Assembly: GCA_000826855.1 (NCBI GenBank)
Contig: JTLS01000080.1
Span: 1-33,914, forward strand
Direction of reading: 5' to 3'
DNA length: 33,914 nucleotides
Source: Basidioascus undulatus
Lineage: Eukaryota
Both the position numbers and the translations under genes were made by a program. The notes beneath the pieces are model-generated. The model saw only the letters and a list, made by a program, of their open reading frames with translations. It made no database searches and had not been told where the DNA came from. This document shows, piece after piece, positions 10,349-23,104 of this stretch; within the stretch, counting starts at the first letter, position 1, and each line of letters starts with the position of its first letter.

Positions 10349-12368
10349 ATGCACTTCGCGTTTCTTGCGGCAAGGCTGCTCGCCCTCCCTGGGTACGCTA
10401 GAATCGAGGTCCTCAAGACGCTGCCCGCGTCAGCGTTCGAGGACGCAATCGGCAGCCGGTCGCATCCGGTGCGCTCGCTGGCGCTCATAAACTTCTGCAC
10501 AACCGAGCAAACCTGTCTTTCTTTAGTGACAATTGACCGTCTCTGCGCATGCTGAACGCAGTGGGCGGCACGGCAGATCCAGGATATGTAAGCTTGCAGT
10601 CGAACTTCATCGCCGGAGGCACAATCGTGGTGGCTCATCGTTTTCCTTCTCCTGAAACCACAGGTAAAGATGTTGCGCAGCAATTCAAGAAAGTCGCAAC
10701 AGGGCTCGAGCCTCTGGACCCCCTCATCACTCTGGGATCCGTAGACTGCATGTCTGAGCGTGACCTGTGCGCCCATCACGAGGTTCAATGGTTTCCGTAA
10801 GTACCACTTCCCACGTCACTCTTCACCTTCGAGAGGCATGAACACCAGTTTGGGACCATCTCAAGCACACTTAAAGTGTTCCCGGGGTTGTATTCGACTC
10901 CGACGGACAGCGCGACGCCATGGGTATCGTGAGGTACATGGCGGCGTGCGTTCACCTATTGATTACTTTCGTCGCGCAGAAGATGGGTTGATCACCCCGT
11001 TTGCTGCCCACCAAATGATTGAACCCGTCCAGATCATCTCGGCAATTAATCACGCCGCGTTCACGACCAGCACCCCCATCGTGGTGGTCGCGTACGCGCC
11101 TGGGGACTCCGCGTTGCCGCGCACCATTCGCTCCGTCGCACGTAGCGAGGGCTTTCCCCGCTACAAGATACTCTTCGGGGAAAGCACAGATCCATCCGTC
11201 GCTACAAGTGCGGGCATGGAACAGCCGCCACTTGTGATCTACAAGCAGTTCAACGAGGGCCGGATGGAAGCGGGCGAGGACAACCTTTCCTCGAAAGAAG
11301 CGCTCGAATTGTTCGTCCGCTGGAACTTGGGCCTGCTCGTCGCGAAGCGCATCTTTACAACAACGGGGCCCTGCTTCGTGAACCGGACGTTCTTGTCGTG
11401 CAGCTATTCGTTGACCCGGTGGTGGATGCGCACAGCGAAGAGGCCATCCGCGCGCTGGAGGAGGTCGCACGGGCGTACAAGGACAAGGGCCTCATCAGGT
11501 TTGAGTGGGCCGACGTCACCAAGTACCGCCGTGCGTTATCTTCTCTTTCGTTATAGACCCATTCCCATTCCGATGTACTAAAGGACGCGCGGCGTGCAGG
11601 ATTCGCCTCGGGACTCCTCGACCTCTCACCCTACTACTACGCCTGGCCGCGTCTAGTCATTAGCGATGCTCGTCCTCCGCACTCCAAATACGTCCTCGAC
11701 GAAAACGTGCCCTTTTCATTCAAAGCCGCATCCGACTTCGTTGCGCGGTATCTCGCAGGCGAGATCGCTCCGTCGATCAAGTCCGCCGCGGTGCTAATGC
11801 ATAACGACAGGCCGGTCGCGGTCGTTGTCGCTGAGACCTTCAAAGAAATCGTATTCGTGACGCAAATTACGGTTTCATTTATTCAACAGACCCAGGACGT
11901 GGGATCACTGGTGAGATCGCCTCTTTTTTTTTTGTTCGTTCTCCCGCTGAAGCTGACGCAACGAGACTCTCTTTTACTTTGCTCTGCTGGATCCAACGTG
12001 AGTCGCACTCGGCGAATACTATCGGTTGCAAAATGTGAGAGCCTCTTATGCCTCTGCCTAACCTATCCCTATTTTCCGGCCGCTTACAAATCTTCTCGTT
12101 CCCACAGTCAACTCTTACCATAGCCGAGACGGACGCCTCAGCCAACTACCTCCCGCCCGCTGCACACTTCGCGATCACGTACTACCCGATGCTCATGTTC
12201 AAGCGTGCCGGCACCCGAGAGTGGCCGAATACCGAGGCTATCGAACGTTTGAAGAAAGAACGGCAGGGCGACGTCGACGACGGCGCCGGCGCTGGAGGAG
12301 GCCCCCGGGGCTCTTGTAGTGCAGTAGCGGTGGGACGTGGGGCAGGGCTAGAATTCATTGTCCCGTAG
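10349..12368 (+). pseudogene. Degenerate protein disulfide isomerase-like gene (a-b-b'-a' order, no CXXC, frameshifted)
   Basis: Signal-peptide-like start; LGSVDCMSERDLCAHHEVQWFP|TLKVF; GQRDAMGIVRYM; PLVIYKQFNEGR; LEEVARAYKDK; FVARYLAGEIAPSIKS; VAVVVAETFKEIVF; TIAETDASANYLP; YPMLMFKRAG. Frame changes without an intron occur near 10885-10895 (stop at 10930-10932 in the TLKVF frame) and 11340-11350. Confidence 0.8.
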
Positions 12369-12656
12369 ACACTTCTGAGCGTGGAATGCGTGCGCTGCGC
12401 TTAGAATGAGAGCAGTGTGAAGGTTTCGAAGGACTTACACTGCCTCTGCGAAATTGGCAGCGAGGCTGTTGTCGAGGCTGTTCTGAGATCGGCTGCTTTA
12501 TGAGCACGCAGACAGCAGATGGGTAAAAGACCCACTGTTCCAAACAGTACCGGCAAACGCATATAGCTCTCAAATGTGGTATCGTTTATTAACCCCCCAG
12601 TGACAAGACAACCCAAGCAAAAAAGGCATGTGCAGCCCACGTCCCCCTCAGCTCGT

Positions 12657-13960
12657 TCACTTCAGAAACGCCCCCCCCCCGCGTCTCCTCCAGCAGCAGC
12701 TCGTACTCCGTCTGGAACTCCATATACGTGCTCTCGGGATCCTGAACGGTAGCCGCCCTGAACCGTGCGTCCTCCTCGTCGATACGCGCTTCGTGAGCCC
12801 GGGGTTCCCCGCAGCGGCAGCGTCGACTAGGAGCTGTACTTGGCACTGCTTCTCGAGTGAGCTGAAGAGGAAGATGGCTTCGTCCACTGTTTTACCCGGG
12901 GTCAGGAGGACTTGGTTCTTCGGAGTGGGTGTAGAGGAGTCAGGATACGAGAATTGAAGAAGGGGGACTGAGAAAAGCGAGAGGGGGACGACACACTTGG
13001 AGGATGCAGCAGTTGTACTTGTCGCCCATGGCTTTGGCAATGTTCTCAGCCTCTTCGTCAGCTAGGACAATACCGCCGAAGTCTCTGAGTGTCACGATTC
13101 AAATCAGCATGCGGTACTCAACAAGCATCGAGCAAGGCGCAGTCGCACTTGTAAAGTCCGAGGTTGTCCTGTATAAATGGGCCATCCATTAGAGGTAGAG
13201 AGCGGCGTGCAGGATCAATTCCAGAATACGCACATAGAACAAGCATGAGTTCTGCGTTGTGATATCGATCGGCTTGCCGAACACAGAGAATGCCTTGCCG
13301 TGCAGGCTGTGGCAATGTGCGGCGGCGACGATGTCCGGCCGGGCGCGATGGATGGCGGAGTGGATGTGGAAGCCTGCCTGGAATACATCTTGCAGTGTGA
13401 GCAGAGCGCATTCAGATGGAAAGCTTGTAGTGAAACTCACAGTGTTGATTTGCAGCTGCGCCCCGCCTGGGGCGGCGAATCCGTCTGGCCCGACAAGGAC
13501 GAGCTTGAAGACCTGCGGAGCGCGGCTAGATGAACATGTTGGCATTCTAATTGGGACTGAATTGATAACACTCACAGTCATCGAGGAGAAGTGCACGGCA
13601 AATGGGTTCATCCTGCTCCTCGCAAATGACATCAGCACATTGATTCTCACGCTCTCGTCCGCTCGGCGCACCGTCCGGCAGCACCGGATCATTCACAGAG
13701 ATATGCTCGCCGACGCCCTCCCCGTACCCACACTTGCCCCAGAACCGAAACGCCGTAGCCAAGTGCTTCTTGACATGCTCACGCTCGGCGTACACGTCGC
13801 CCTGAAAGTCCGGACGACGCGCAGCGAGCTGGATCGTGCGCTGTGCGTTGCCGCGGTATTGGCGGGCTACGGGGCCATCCGACAGGTTCGAAAGGGATTG
13901 GTGCACAGCCTTTGGGGGGGCGGTGGTCGCAGTGACGGGAGAGGTGGCGATGGGGGCCAT
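12657..13960 (-). pseudogene. Class II aldolase/adducin head-domain family gene with several lesions
   Basis: KKHLATAFRFWGKCGYGEGVGEHISVNDPV, MNPFAVHFSSM, AGFHIHSAIHRARPDIVAAAHCHSLHGKAFS, DFGGIVL, GKTVDEAIFLF. Lesions: phase mismatch at the first intron (~13670), NHG replaced by NQV, and frameshifts at ~12785 and in the C10 run 12671-12680. Confidence 0.82.
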
Positions 13961-14698
13961 GATTGTAGGCGAAGTGCAGGAAGACCAAACGTCTCGCTTG
14001 GTACGGTGAGCAACGATTAAGCACTGTCAAGACCGTGTGCCAGGAGGGGAACCAGTTGATGGTTCGTGGTCAAGGAGGTCGCATCGCAAAATCTCAAGCA
14101 GTCTCATGGTAAGATGAGCTCGCGAAGGACCCTCGGCAGCCAGCTTGCCGACGCCTGCAGCAACAGTCTGGTTATGAGTGGCCACGAGCATTCTGGCAAC
14201 TTCCAAGCGCATACAACGAGACCGTCCATCAAGCCTAAAGAACAGCAATGGCTTAAATAGATGTGATGGTTGCAGGCGAAGACGCATATTCGATCGGGCA
14301 GGTCCCGTGCGAGACGCGACATCAAGTGGGCTAACTGACAATGGAGTAACTCACCCAGCCGAAAGCGTACATTTGTAGGACGCATAACAACAAACACCTG
14401 GGTAATTACCTTTCTTAGTGCAAACACCAAAGACAGCCGTGCTTGAAGCCAGAGGACTAAATTAATTGACGCCTGAGGCCAGTGCCGAAGGGCCCCGGCC
14501 GGCTGTCACGCAGCGCAACACCGAGGTCGACCTTGGACGTTCACTGCCAGTCGCTCCCACCGCACTACCCACACTTTTCAGCAATTTCATCAGCCTATAG
14601 TGTCAATCACACGTATTCGATCAACTCCCGCGCTTATTTGACCGCCCCGCGCCCTTTCTTCCTTCCATCGACTTGGGTCCCTCGTTCGCCCGCCTGCG

Positions 14699-17600
14699 AT
14701 GGACAAGATCAAGGGCGGCTCCGCGCTCAAGCGGGCGACGTCCTTTGCGCTTCAGTCCAACAACAAGGACACTGGACAGAGCAGCATGAACAACGCGACC
14801 AACATGCGCGGTTTGACGCAGGTGCGCGTTGTTGGCCCTGGGGCAGGCGAGGAGCGAGGTCTGGAGCTGACAGCGAGCTCGGGCGCACCACCAGTACATC
14901 GCCGACCTGCGAGCGTGTCGCGTGCGGGAGCTAGAGGAGAAGCGGATCAATAAGGAGATGGCACATATCCGGCAGCGGTTCAAGGGTGAGTGGGCCGCAC
15001 TCGCATGGTGAGATGGAGGGCAGGCTGACCGTTCGAACGGCGACAGAGGGCAACATGACGGGTTACCAGAAACGGAAATACGTCGCCAAGCTGCTGTTCA
15101 CCTACATCCTCGGCTACAAGGTCGACATTGGCCACATGGAGGCCGTGAACCTCATCTCGTCCACAAAATACTCGGAGAAGCAGATGGTCTGTTCCCCCTT
15201 TCCCCGATGACCATCTTCCCTTTGACTCAGCTGCTCATCGAGCTTGTTGCACTGCAGGGGTACCTCGCCCTTACGCTTCTTCTCCACGAAAACTCGGACC
15301 TCACGCGTCTCGTCATCAACTCGATCCGCAAGGACCTCGAGGACTTGAACGAGGTCAACAACTGCCTCGCGCTTCACGCGATCGCGAACCTCGGCGGTGC
15401 TGAGATGGCCGAGGCGCTGGGGGAGGACGTGCATCGGGCGCTGATATCTCCGTGAGTTAATCATGTTTACTTGGCGGTCAGGGTGGGGTGGGAGGAATGC
15501 TGGTGGAGAGCTGCGAGGAGCAGGCGTTGGAGATGTAGAAGTGGACCGGGCACAGGCGGAGAGGCAGCGCGGTGGCCCTGTGATCCGACTGGCAGTACTC
15601 ACGCTGACACTTCTTCCCGCCCCATCAGAACATCCTCGACCTTCGTCAAAAAAAAGGCGGCTCTCACCCTCCTCCGACTCTACCGCAAGCACCCGGACGT
15701 CATCCCCGCTGCCGAGTGGGCCCTGCGAATCGTCTCGGTCATGGACGACGACGACCTCGTAAGCGAGATCTTTTCCGTTCCAGTGCCAAGCTTCGGTGCC
15801 TGACGGGGGCGCCGTCGGTCTGGCAGGGGGTCGCGCTCGCGACGACTAGCCTCGTCATGACGCTCGCTCAAGATCACCTGGAGGCGTTCTCGGTCTGCTA
15901 CGCCAAGGCTGTCAACCGGCTTTCCAAGGTATGCGGACATTGGGTGCGAGACTGAAAGGAGACGTCAGACTAAAAGCATGCACGCCTCGACAGCTCGTCA
16001 TCGACCGCGAATTTTCGGCGGACTACATCTACTACAAGGTCCCCATACCTTGGCTGCAAGTCAAGCTCCTCCGCCTATTGCAGTACTACCCTCCGTCCGG
16101 TCAGTCTTCTGCAACCTTCTCGCACCCACTGTTGCTTTCTTTCTGACATCACGCGATGCACCCAGAGGACCCGGCTGTCCGGCTCGCAATCCACAACGTC
16201 CTGCACGAGATCCTCGAGGGCGCGCAAGATACGCCGAAGAACGTGCAGCACGCGAATGCACAGAACGCGGTCCTCTTCGAGGCGATCAACCTCGCGATCC
16301 ACCTCGACACCGAGTCGTCGATTGTTCACGCGGCCGCCGTCCTCCTCGGCAAGTTCATCCTCTCCAAGGAGACGAACGTGCGCTACCTCGGCCTCGACAC
16401 GATGGCGCACCTCGCCGCGTGCTCGGACAGCCTCGAGCCGATCAAGCGCCACCAGGACACGATCATCCTCAGCCTGCGCGACAAGGACATCAGCGTCCGC
16501 AGGCGCGGCCTCGACTTGCTCTACAGCATGTGCGACGTCACGAACGCGAAGGTCATCGTCGGCGAGCTCCTCAGGTACCTGTCCGTCGCGGACTACGGTC
16601 TACGCGAGGAGATGGTGCTCAAGATCGCCATCCTGACGGAGAAGTTTGCGACGGAGGTGAGCGCCTAGGGTTCTCGATGGGGATTAGCGGGGAGGCGCGC
16701 ATGCTGATGGCGACGGGCGATGACGCAGTACCAATGGTATGTCGACACCATCCTCCAGCTCATCCAATCCGCGGGCGAGCATGTCGGCGACGAGGTGTGG
16801 TACCGCGTCGTCCAGGTAAACTGCTTACGCATGCATGCAGTTGGAACACCGTCCGGCTGACACTCACATCTCACTACAGATCGTCACCAACACCGAGGAT
16901 CTGCAGCAGTACGCGGCGCAGACGGTGTACGAGCACCTGCGAAACCCGACGTGCCCGGAAAACCTTGTCAAGGTTGGCGGTAAGTCGACTTGGTCTGCCA
17001 TCTCGACTCTAACATGCGCAGTGGCTGATTGAGATGCGCAACAGGCTACATCCTGGGCGAATACGGGCACCTAATCGCGGACAACCCCGGCTGCAGCCCG
17101 ATCGAGCAGTTCCACGTGCTGCACTCCAAGTCCAACTTCAGCTCCGCGCAGACGCGCGCGCTCCTCCTCTCCACGTACCTCAAGTGGGTCAACCTCTTCC
17201 CCGAGATCAAGCCCCAGCTCGTCAGTGTCTTCGACCGCTACAGGCACGTCCTCGACGCCGAGCTCCAGCAGCGCGCATCCGAGTACCTCGCCATCTCAAC
17301 CCGCGACGACGACGACGCGCTCCTCCAGACGCTCTGCGAGGAGATGCCGCCGTTCCCCGAGCGCGAGAGCGCGCTGCTCAACCGCTTGCACCGCAAGCAC
17401 GGGGATACACAGGACCAGCGCACGTGGGTCATCGGCGGGAAGGAGGCGAACCGGGATCGGGAGCTCGCGCGGCTCAAGAGCCTCAAAAAGGCGGAGGGCG
17501 GCATTTTGGGCGGCGGGGTAGCGGCGATGGCGACGGGGACGGGGGCGGCGGCGGCAGCTGTTCCCCCGCGTGCCGCCGTCAACGGGAACGGCAACGTGCC

Positions 17601-18652
17601 GGTGGACGATCTCCTCGGCTCGGGCGACATCATGTCTTCCCTCAGCGGACTCGACCTCTCCTCACCGCCCGCTCAACCTCTCGCATCCCCCCCGCCGAAC
17701 CTCTTCCCCGAACCGATCACCACCTCGACTTCCCCTCCCTCTTCCTCCCTCTCCGCCACCGCGCCCATCCGCAACGCCGCCGTGGACAGTGCGTACGATC
17801 GCCTGTGCTACACGTACGAGGGCGTCCTGTACGAGTCGGACTTCCTCTCCATCTCGCTCAAGTCGGAGTACCACGGCCAGCTCGGTCGGCTCGCGCTCGT
17901 CTTCCGCAATAAGATCAGCTCCGCGGCGTTTACGAGCTTCTCGGCGACGATCGACGTGCCCCAAGCGAGCGCGCTCGCCGTCACGTTCCCGCAGATGACG
18001 AGCAGCACGATCGACGCCGGCGGCTCGCTCCAGCAGCCCGTGCACGTCGAGTGCAAGGACATCTTTGACGAGACGCCCATCCTGCGCGTCTCGTACCTCG
18101 CCGGCTCGCACCAGACGCTGGCGCTGCGGCTGCCCATCATCTTGAGCAAGTTCATCGAGCCTGTACAGTACGTTTCCATTTCCGCCCTTCTCGTCTATCG
18201 CACTTTGCTGACAGTGAGTGTGACGTCCGAATAGACTTGGCCAGAGCGACTTCTTCGAGCGATGGCGACAGATCGGCGGCCCTCCGCGCGAGGCGCAAGC
18301 CATCTTCCCGATTGCGCTCGACGCGGCGGGCGAGGTCGACGTTGCCGCCCACGGGCGCATCGTCTCTGGCCACCGGCTCGGGCTGCTTGACGGCATCGAC
18401 CCGAACCCGGTCAACAACGTCGGCGCGGGCGTGCTGCACACGAGCGCGGCGGGCAAGGTCGGGTGCCTGTTGCGGCTGGAGCCTAACAAGGACGCCAAGG
18501 TGCGCTTCGTTGCGATAAATTTCCTTTTCTACGAGAGGCATGTAACTGACGTTGGGGTGCGAGGACAGCTGTGTCGCTTGACGGTTCGCACGACCAACGA
18601 GGACGTTTCCTCGCGGCTGCTCCAACTCCTGCAACGACTGCTCACTGCATAG
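14699..18652 (+). CDS. APL3: AP-2 adaptor complex subunit alpha (alpha-adaptin), multi-exon
   Basis: [150 protein letters not shown]; ear domain [11 protein letters not shown] and [10 protein letters not shown]. Intron phases are consistent. Confidence 0.97.
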
Positions 18653-19239
18653 TCTGTCTTGACCCTCGTCTTCTCCCGTTTGTCTCTTATATTCGGTACC
18701 CCTTGTCATTCGGTTTCGTCCCATCTATACCCGTTCCCCTCATCTGATACTGCCGCTGGACTGCAGCGGCGTTTGATTGTGTCGCTGCCAGCGCTGCCGC
18801 CATTCCTTTCTCCATCTTAACCATTGGCTTTCCTCTCCCTATCTTGTGTTGCATCTTGCATTGATATCAAGCGATCATCGATACTGCTTGCGCTTGCTTG
18901 AAAGACTACTGGAACCCAAGCATGTGCGCGATGGGGCGGCTTCTCGGCTTCAGAAGCGGCTCGAGAATTATCGCAGAATGCAACAGGTCACATGCACACT
19001 CGAATAGTTCGGAACACTCTTCCGTGCAGGTCAACAGCAGGTAAAATAGGAAGCGATGGTTACAATTGAAAAGTACAGTATGTAGCATGCAGTAAAACAG
19101 GGAATCCCAATGAAGCGGACGAAAAAATGCCAATGCGGGATGCGTATGCGTATGAGAACGAAGGGAGGCAGATATGGGACACCGGAGGACGACAACGACC
19201 CGAAATGGAGGAGACATGCAAGCGCCTGTGCGCGATCTA

Positions 19240-22200
19240 TCACCCGAGCTTGTTGCTCCATTTTGCGAGGAAGCCAGACTTCTTCCGCCCGCCGCTAAGC
19301 CCGATGTCATCCTGCGAACGCGGACCGTACTCGCCGCCTGTGCTGATAATGGTCGTGGGCATGGGTACGCCCGACATGAACTCCTCGGGGATCGCCGGCT
19401 TGGAGCCGCCGGACGAACGCTCCCGCAGGGAGCCCGTCCCACTCGCCCGGTCGCTCGTGGTGTCAGGGGTGGCAGACGTGCCCGCCTCCAGAGACGACCG
19501 GCGAGCAATGACTTCGTCCTCCTCGTCGCTCGATCTGCCGCCTGAGAACGCGACCTATGGGGGGAGGCGCCATCGGGATTCAGCTGTGTGAAGTGGGACA
19601 TTCAATGCGAAAACGTATCGGCTCACTGTCGTAATGACTGTGGGGGGAGCAAAGTCGGCGAAGGGTCCCCGAAGGCGCTGGGAGCCGGCGCCTGTAACGG
19701 TGAACCCTCGGCGGCGACTGAAGAGGTTGACGCTGCTCGTCGCGGGAGGGCTCGAGCTGGGCGTCCCAGGCGGGCTGAAGTCGCCGCTCGAATCGTTGAC
19801 AGGCACGAAAGCGAGGTCTGGCGCGGATGGTCGCCGCAGCTCGGAGAGATCAGGCTCGACGCAGCGCACGCGCGCCGCGCGCTGCCCGCTCTCCCACCGC
19901 GCCTGCGCCTCCTCGTGCAACTCCGCACAGACGCGCACGAGCTGGCCAATTGTCTCGCGGACCTCTTCGGACGCGATGGACAGCGCCTCGTCCGACGTCA
20001 GGCTCGCCTCCTCCTCGACGCGCACGACGAAGGCTGCGAACGCCGCGAGGTCCCGCGAGACGTCCAGCCCACTGTGCGGGCAGAGGATCGACTCGCGGAA
20101 GATGCGGGATGAGACGGACGAGTACCGCGCATCGATGTCGGCGTTGATCGCATCCGCCTTCTTCGCTATCGCTGCATCGCGAGCGGTGGTGGTTGACGGC
20201 GCGGACGTCGAGTCTCCGACGTACGCGACCTATCACGCATGCCATGTCAGCCGCGTCAAAGTGATTGAGCTGGACATTGAGACCGCGCACATAGTCCATA
20301 AACGCGAACTTCCGATCCGAGTTTCGGAGGAAAGGGGAAACAACGCCCATGAAATCTGTTAAAAGCTTTGAGCAAAATTCCCACAACCATGCCAGCACGC
20401 ACACGTACGTTCTTTGTCGCCCAAGTCTTCCTTCTCATTGGCAAGCGCCTGGATAATCCTGTCGGCCACACCGTGTCAGTCCCTCGTGGAGTTGAGCACA
20501 AAGGACAGCCATACGCACTTGGCAATGAGCGTGAGCGTGCGGCCCACAGCCGGCGGCGGGGACACGACCGTGAGGCCGAAAAGGTTCGGGTTGATGATGG
20601 CGGGTACGAACAGTCGGAGGAAGAGGAAGGAGTTGACGAGCTGGGCTTTGCCCCATCGTTGGTTACATTGACTGACATGGTCAGGCAAGACAGTCAAAGG
20701 AGGTTCAGGCCGCCGCTTATCGTCGCCGACGACGCACCTGCGGATGTGCTGGAATATCCGTCGGAGCTCCCTGCAACCAAGAGTCAGTCGCTTCCGCTGG
20801 ACTGGACTGCCTTGCAAAATGAAACGAACGTGGGGCATTGTGTTCGTGCTTCGTGTCTAAGCGCAAAGAACGCAGTCGTCAGTATCGAAACCCCAAGAGG
20901 CAGCCCTCCAAGAACCACGCACATGCTCTCGAACACCACGTCCACCCATCGCAGCAGTTCTTCCGTATCTGCCGGGCCCCCTTTCCGGTCCGTATCGAGC
21001 TACAGAATTGCGCTGTCAGGAACTGATTCCTGCGCGGAGGACGGTCTGAGCCAACGAACTTCGCATTCAACCCGCTTCTCAATAATGTTCCGGACCGGCG
21101 CGCCCAGACTCGCTTCTAGCCAACCAGACTGTCGACTCGCAAAGCTCATGTAGCGGTCGATCATCTTGGCTGAGGGGCGCAATAAGGAAACGTTAACGTT
21201 GTTCGACCGCCAAGGGAGGGACGGGCGCAGCTTACTGAGAATGGTATTTGGTCGGAAGATCGTATTCTCGTCTGTGGGAGGGGGCATTAGCATGAAGTTG
21301 GCTAGAGGTGAAGGAAGAAACGGGACGCACCCGCTCGTTCTGACCAGATCTCGTGCATCGCTAGCTCGTTGATCACGTTGATGAGGAGCTCGGAATCTGA
21401 CGCGTAGAGGTGGACCAGTCCGTCGGCGAGGTTTTCCTGCAGACCACGAGCGAGGACATTGAGCGCCCGGTGCTCACCTGCCTTGGAGCGAATTGGCTTA
21501 CCAGTGAAGGGCAGCGGGGGGCGATGGCTTCGATCACCGCAGACTTCTCGGAGCCATGCAATAGCTATGCCCAGAGCAAATCAGCGCCTCTCCCTCAAGT
21601 CAACCGAGGGAAGACACGCACAGTGACCAGCTCGTCGTAGTGCGCCCTCGGGAGGACGATGTCCTCGTCGACGCGCACGCGCAGGCGGAGCTCGCCCTTG
21701 ACCGACGACTCGTACGCCTCATCGGAGCCCATGATCGAGAACCACGTCTCGACGTCCGCGCCGCGGCGGTACGTCTTGAGCGGGATCTGGACGACGCCGA
21801 ACGATGCGAGCGCGGCCTTGCTGGCTGGCGCGCGCGAGACGCGGATCGTGAGCGCGCTCAGCTGCGGCAGGTCTTGGAGGTGGCATTCTTCCCGCCAGAA
21901 GGGCGCCGAGCCCTGCAGCGTTGCGAACAAGGCGCAGGTAAGCTTTGGGACTGTCGATTGGACAGGAAAAGGACCGCAACGCACTTTCTTGAGAGACGTC
22001 CGGAAACACGGGCCCGTGCTGTCCCAGATTTCGCAGATCCACTCGGCGGAGCTCGAGTCCACCGCGAGGTCGTGCAGGCTCGAACTGCTTCGCCGCTGTA
22101 GGGACGGCGCGGCAGAGGAGGTAGTCGGGCTGACACTGCCGGACGCGTCGTCAAGACTCGTCACGCTGCCGAGGGAGGGCATGTGCTCGTGCTTGGCGGT

Positions 22201-23104
22201 GACCGTTCGGAGCTCTATGACGGTGAGGTGCACCTGTCCGAGCACTCGTTCAGAACCCCTGGAACCATGACCACCCTTGGAACGGAGGATTGCCCTCACC
22301 TGCCGATGCACCCGATAGTATCCAGCGTCCCCGTCTCCGCCGGCCTGGTACACCTCCGCCTTCGCCCAGCTGCGGGTGAGCGCGAGCCACGCGAGCATCG
22401 CCCGCCTCGTCGGGAAGGCGAGTTGGAGTGGCTCGTCGAGGCCGAGGCCGGGATACCCCTTGCCGTTGGGGCTGCCGCGCGGCGGCGTGGAGGGTGATCG
22501 GAAGTTAGTAGTTGCGGGGGACATCGGGGATGGGGATGGGATGGAGAGGGATCGGGTCTGGATGGAGAGGACGTGGGGGAGCGTATGCAGGGATGGGTCG
22601 ACCGGGCGGATGTCGGTCATTCGGAGGGGGGACAGCGTGATTGCTTTGAGGAGGACGTTCTCCTATGCGGAGAGGAAGAGGTCGGGGTTGAGCTAGCAGG
22701 GTAAAGGGGAATCATACCGCCGAGATGGGAGAGGGAACGCACATCGCCGAAGACGAACAGCCTCCCTTCCGAGTTCATCTGGAGCGTGACCTTCCGCCAT
22801 CCTGACGGTGGTGGTTGCTGCGCCTTCTCTGCTTCGGACCATCCTCAAGTCAGCTCAGTCCAACCAGCGAGGATTCCAACAGCCCACCTTTACTGCTCTT
22901 CGGCCGCTCCTCCTTCCCCGACGCCTTCCGCAGCGCCTTGGGCATCTGGGATCAAATGGAACACCTCAGTACGAGTTGATTCCCTCCACTATAGGATGTA
23001 CGCACCTTGGGGACCAGCAGCCGCCCATCTCGCGTGCCGATCTTGAGCAAGCAGCCATGGAGGGTGTGCTCTGCGCTCGCCTGCTCGCCGTCCGAAGCCG
23101 CCAT
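19240..23104 (-). CDS. Ras GTPase-activating protein (PH-like + C2 + RasGAP; Bud2/Cla2-like), multi-exon
   Basis: PH-like part (WRKVTLQMNSEGRLFVF, DIRPVDPSL, LAFPTRRAMLAWL); C2 part (APFWREE, ETWFSI, GELRLRVRVDEDIVLP); Arg finger DENTIFRPNTIL; signature SFLFLRLFVPAIINPNLFGL..RTLTLIAK; low-complexity tail ending WSNKLG*. The start codon at 23104 is inferred. Confidence 0.9.

Noticed and set aside
19588..22700. Long + strand ORFs opposite the RasGAP gene
   Set aside because: Antisense shadows of GC-rich coding sequence.
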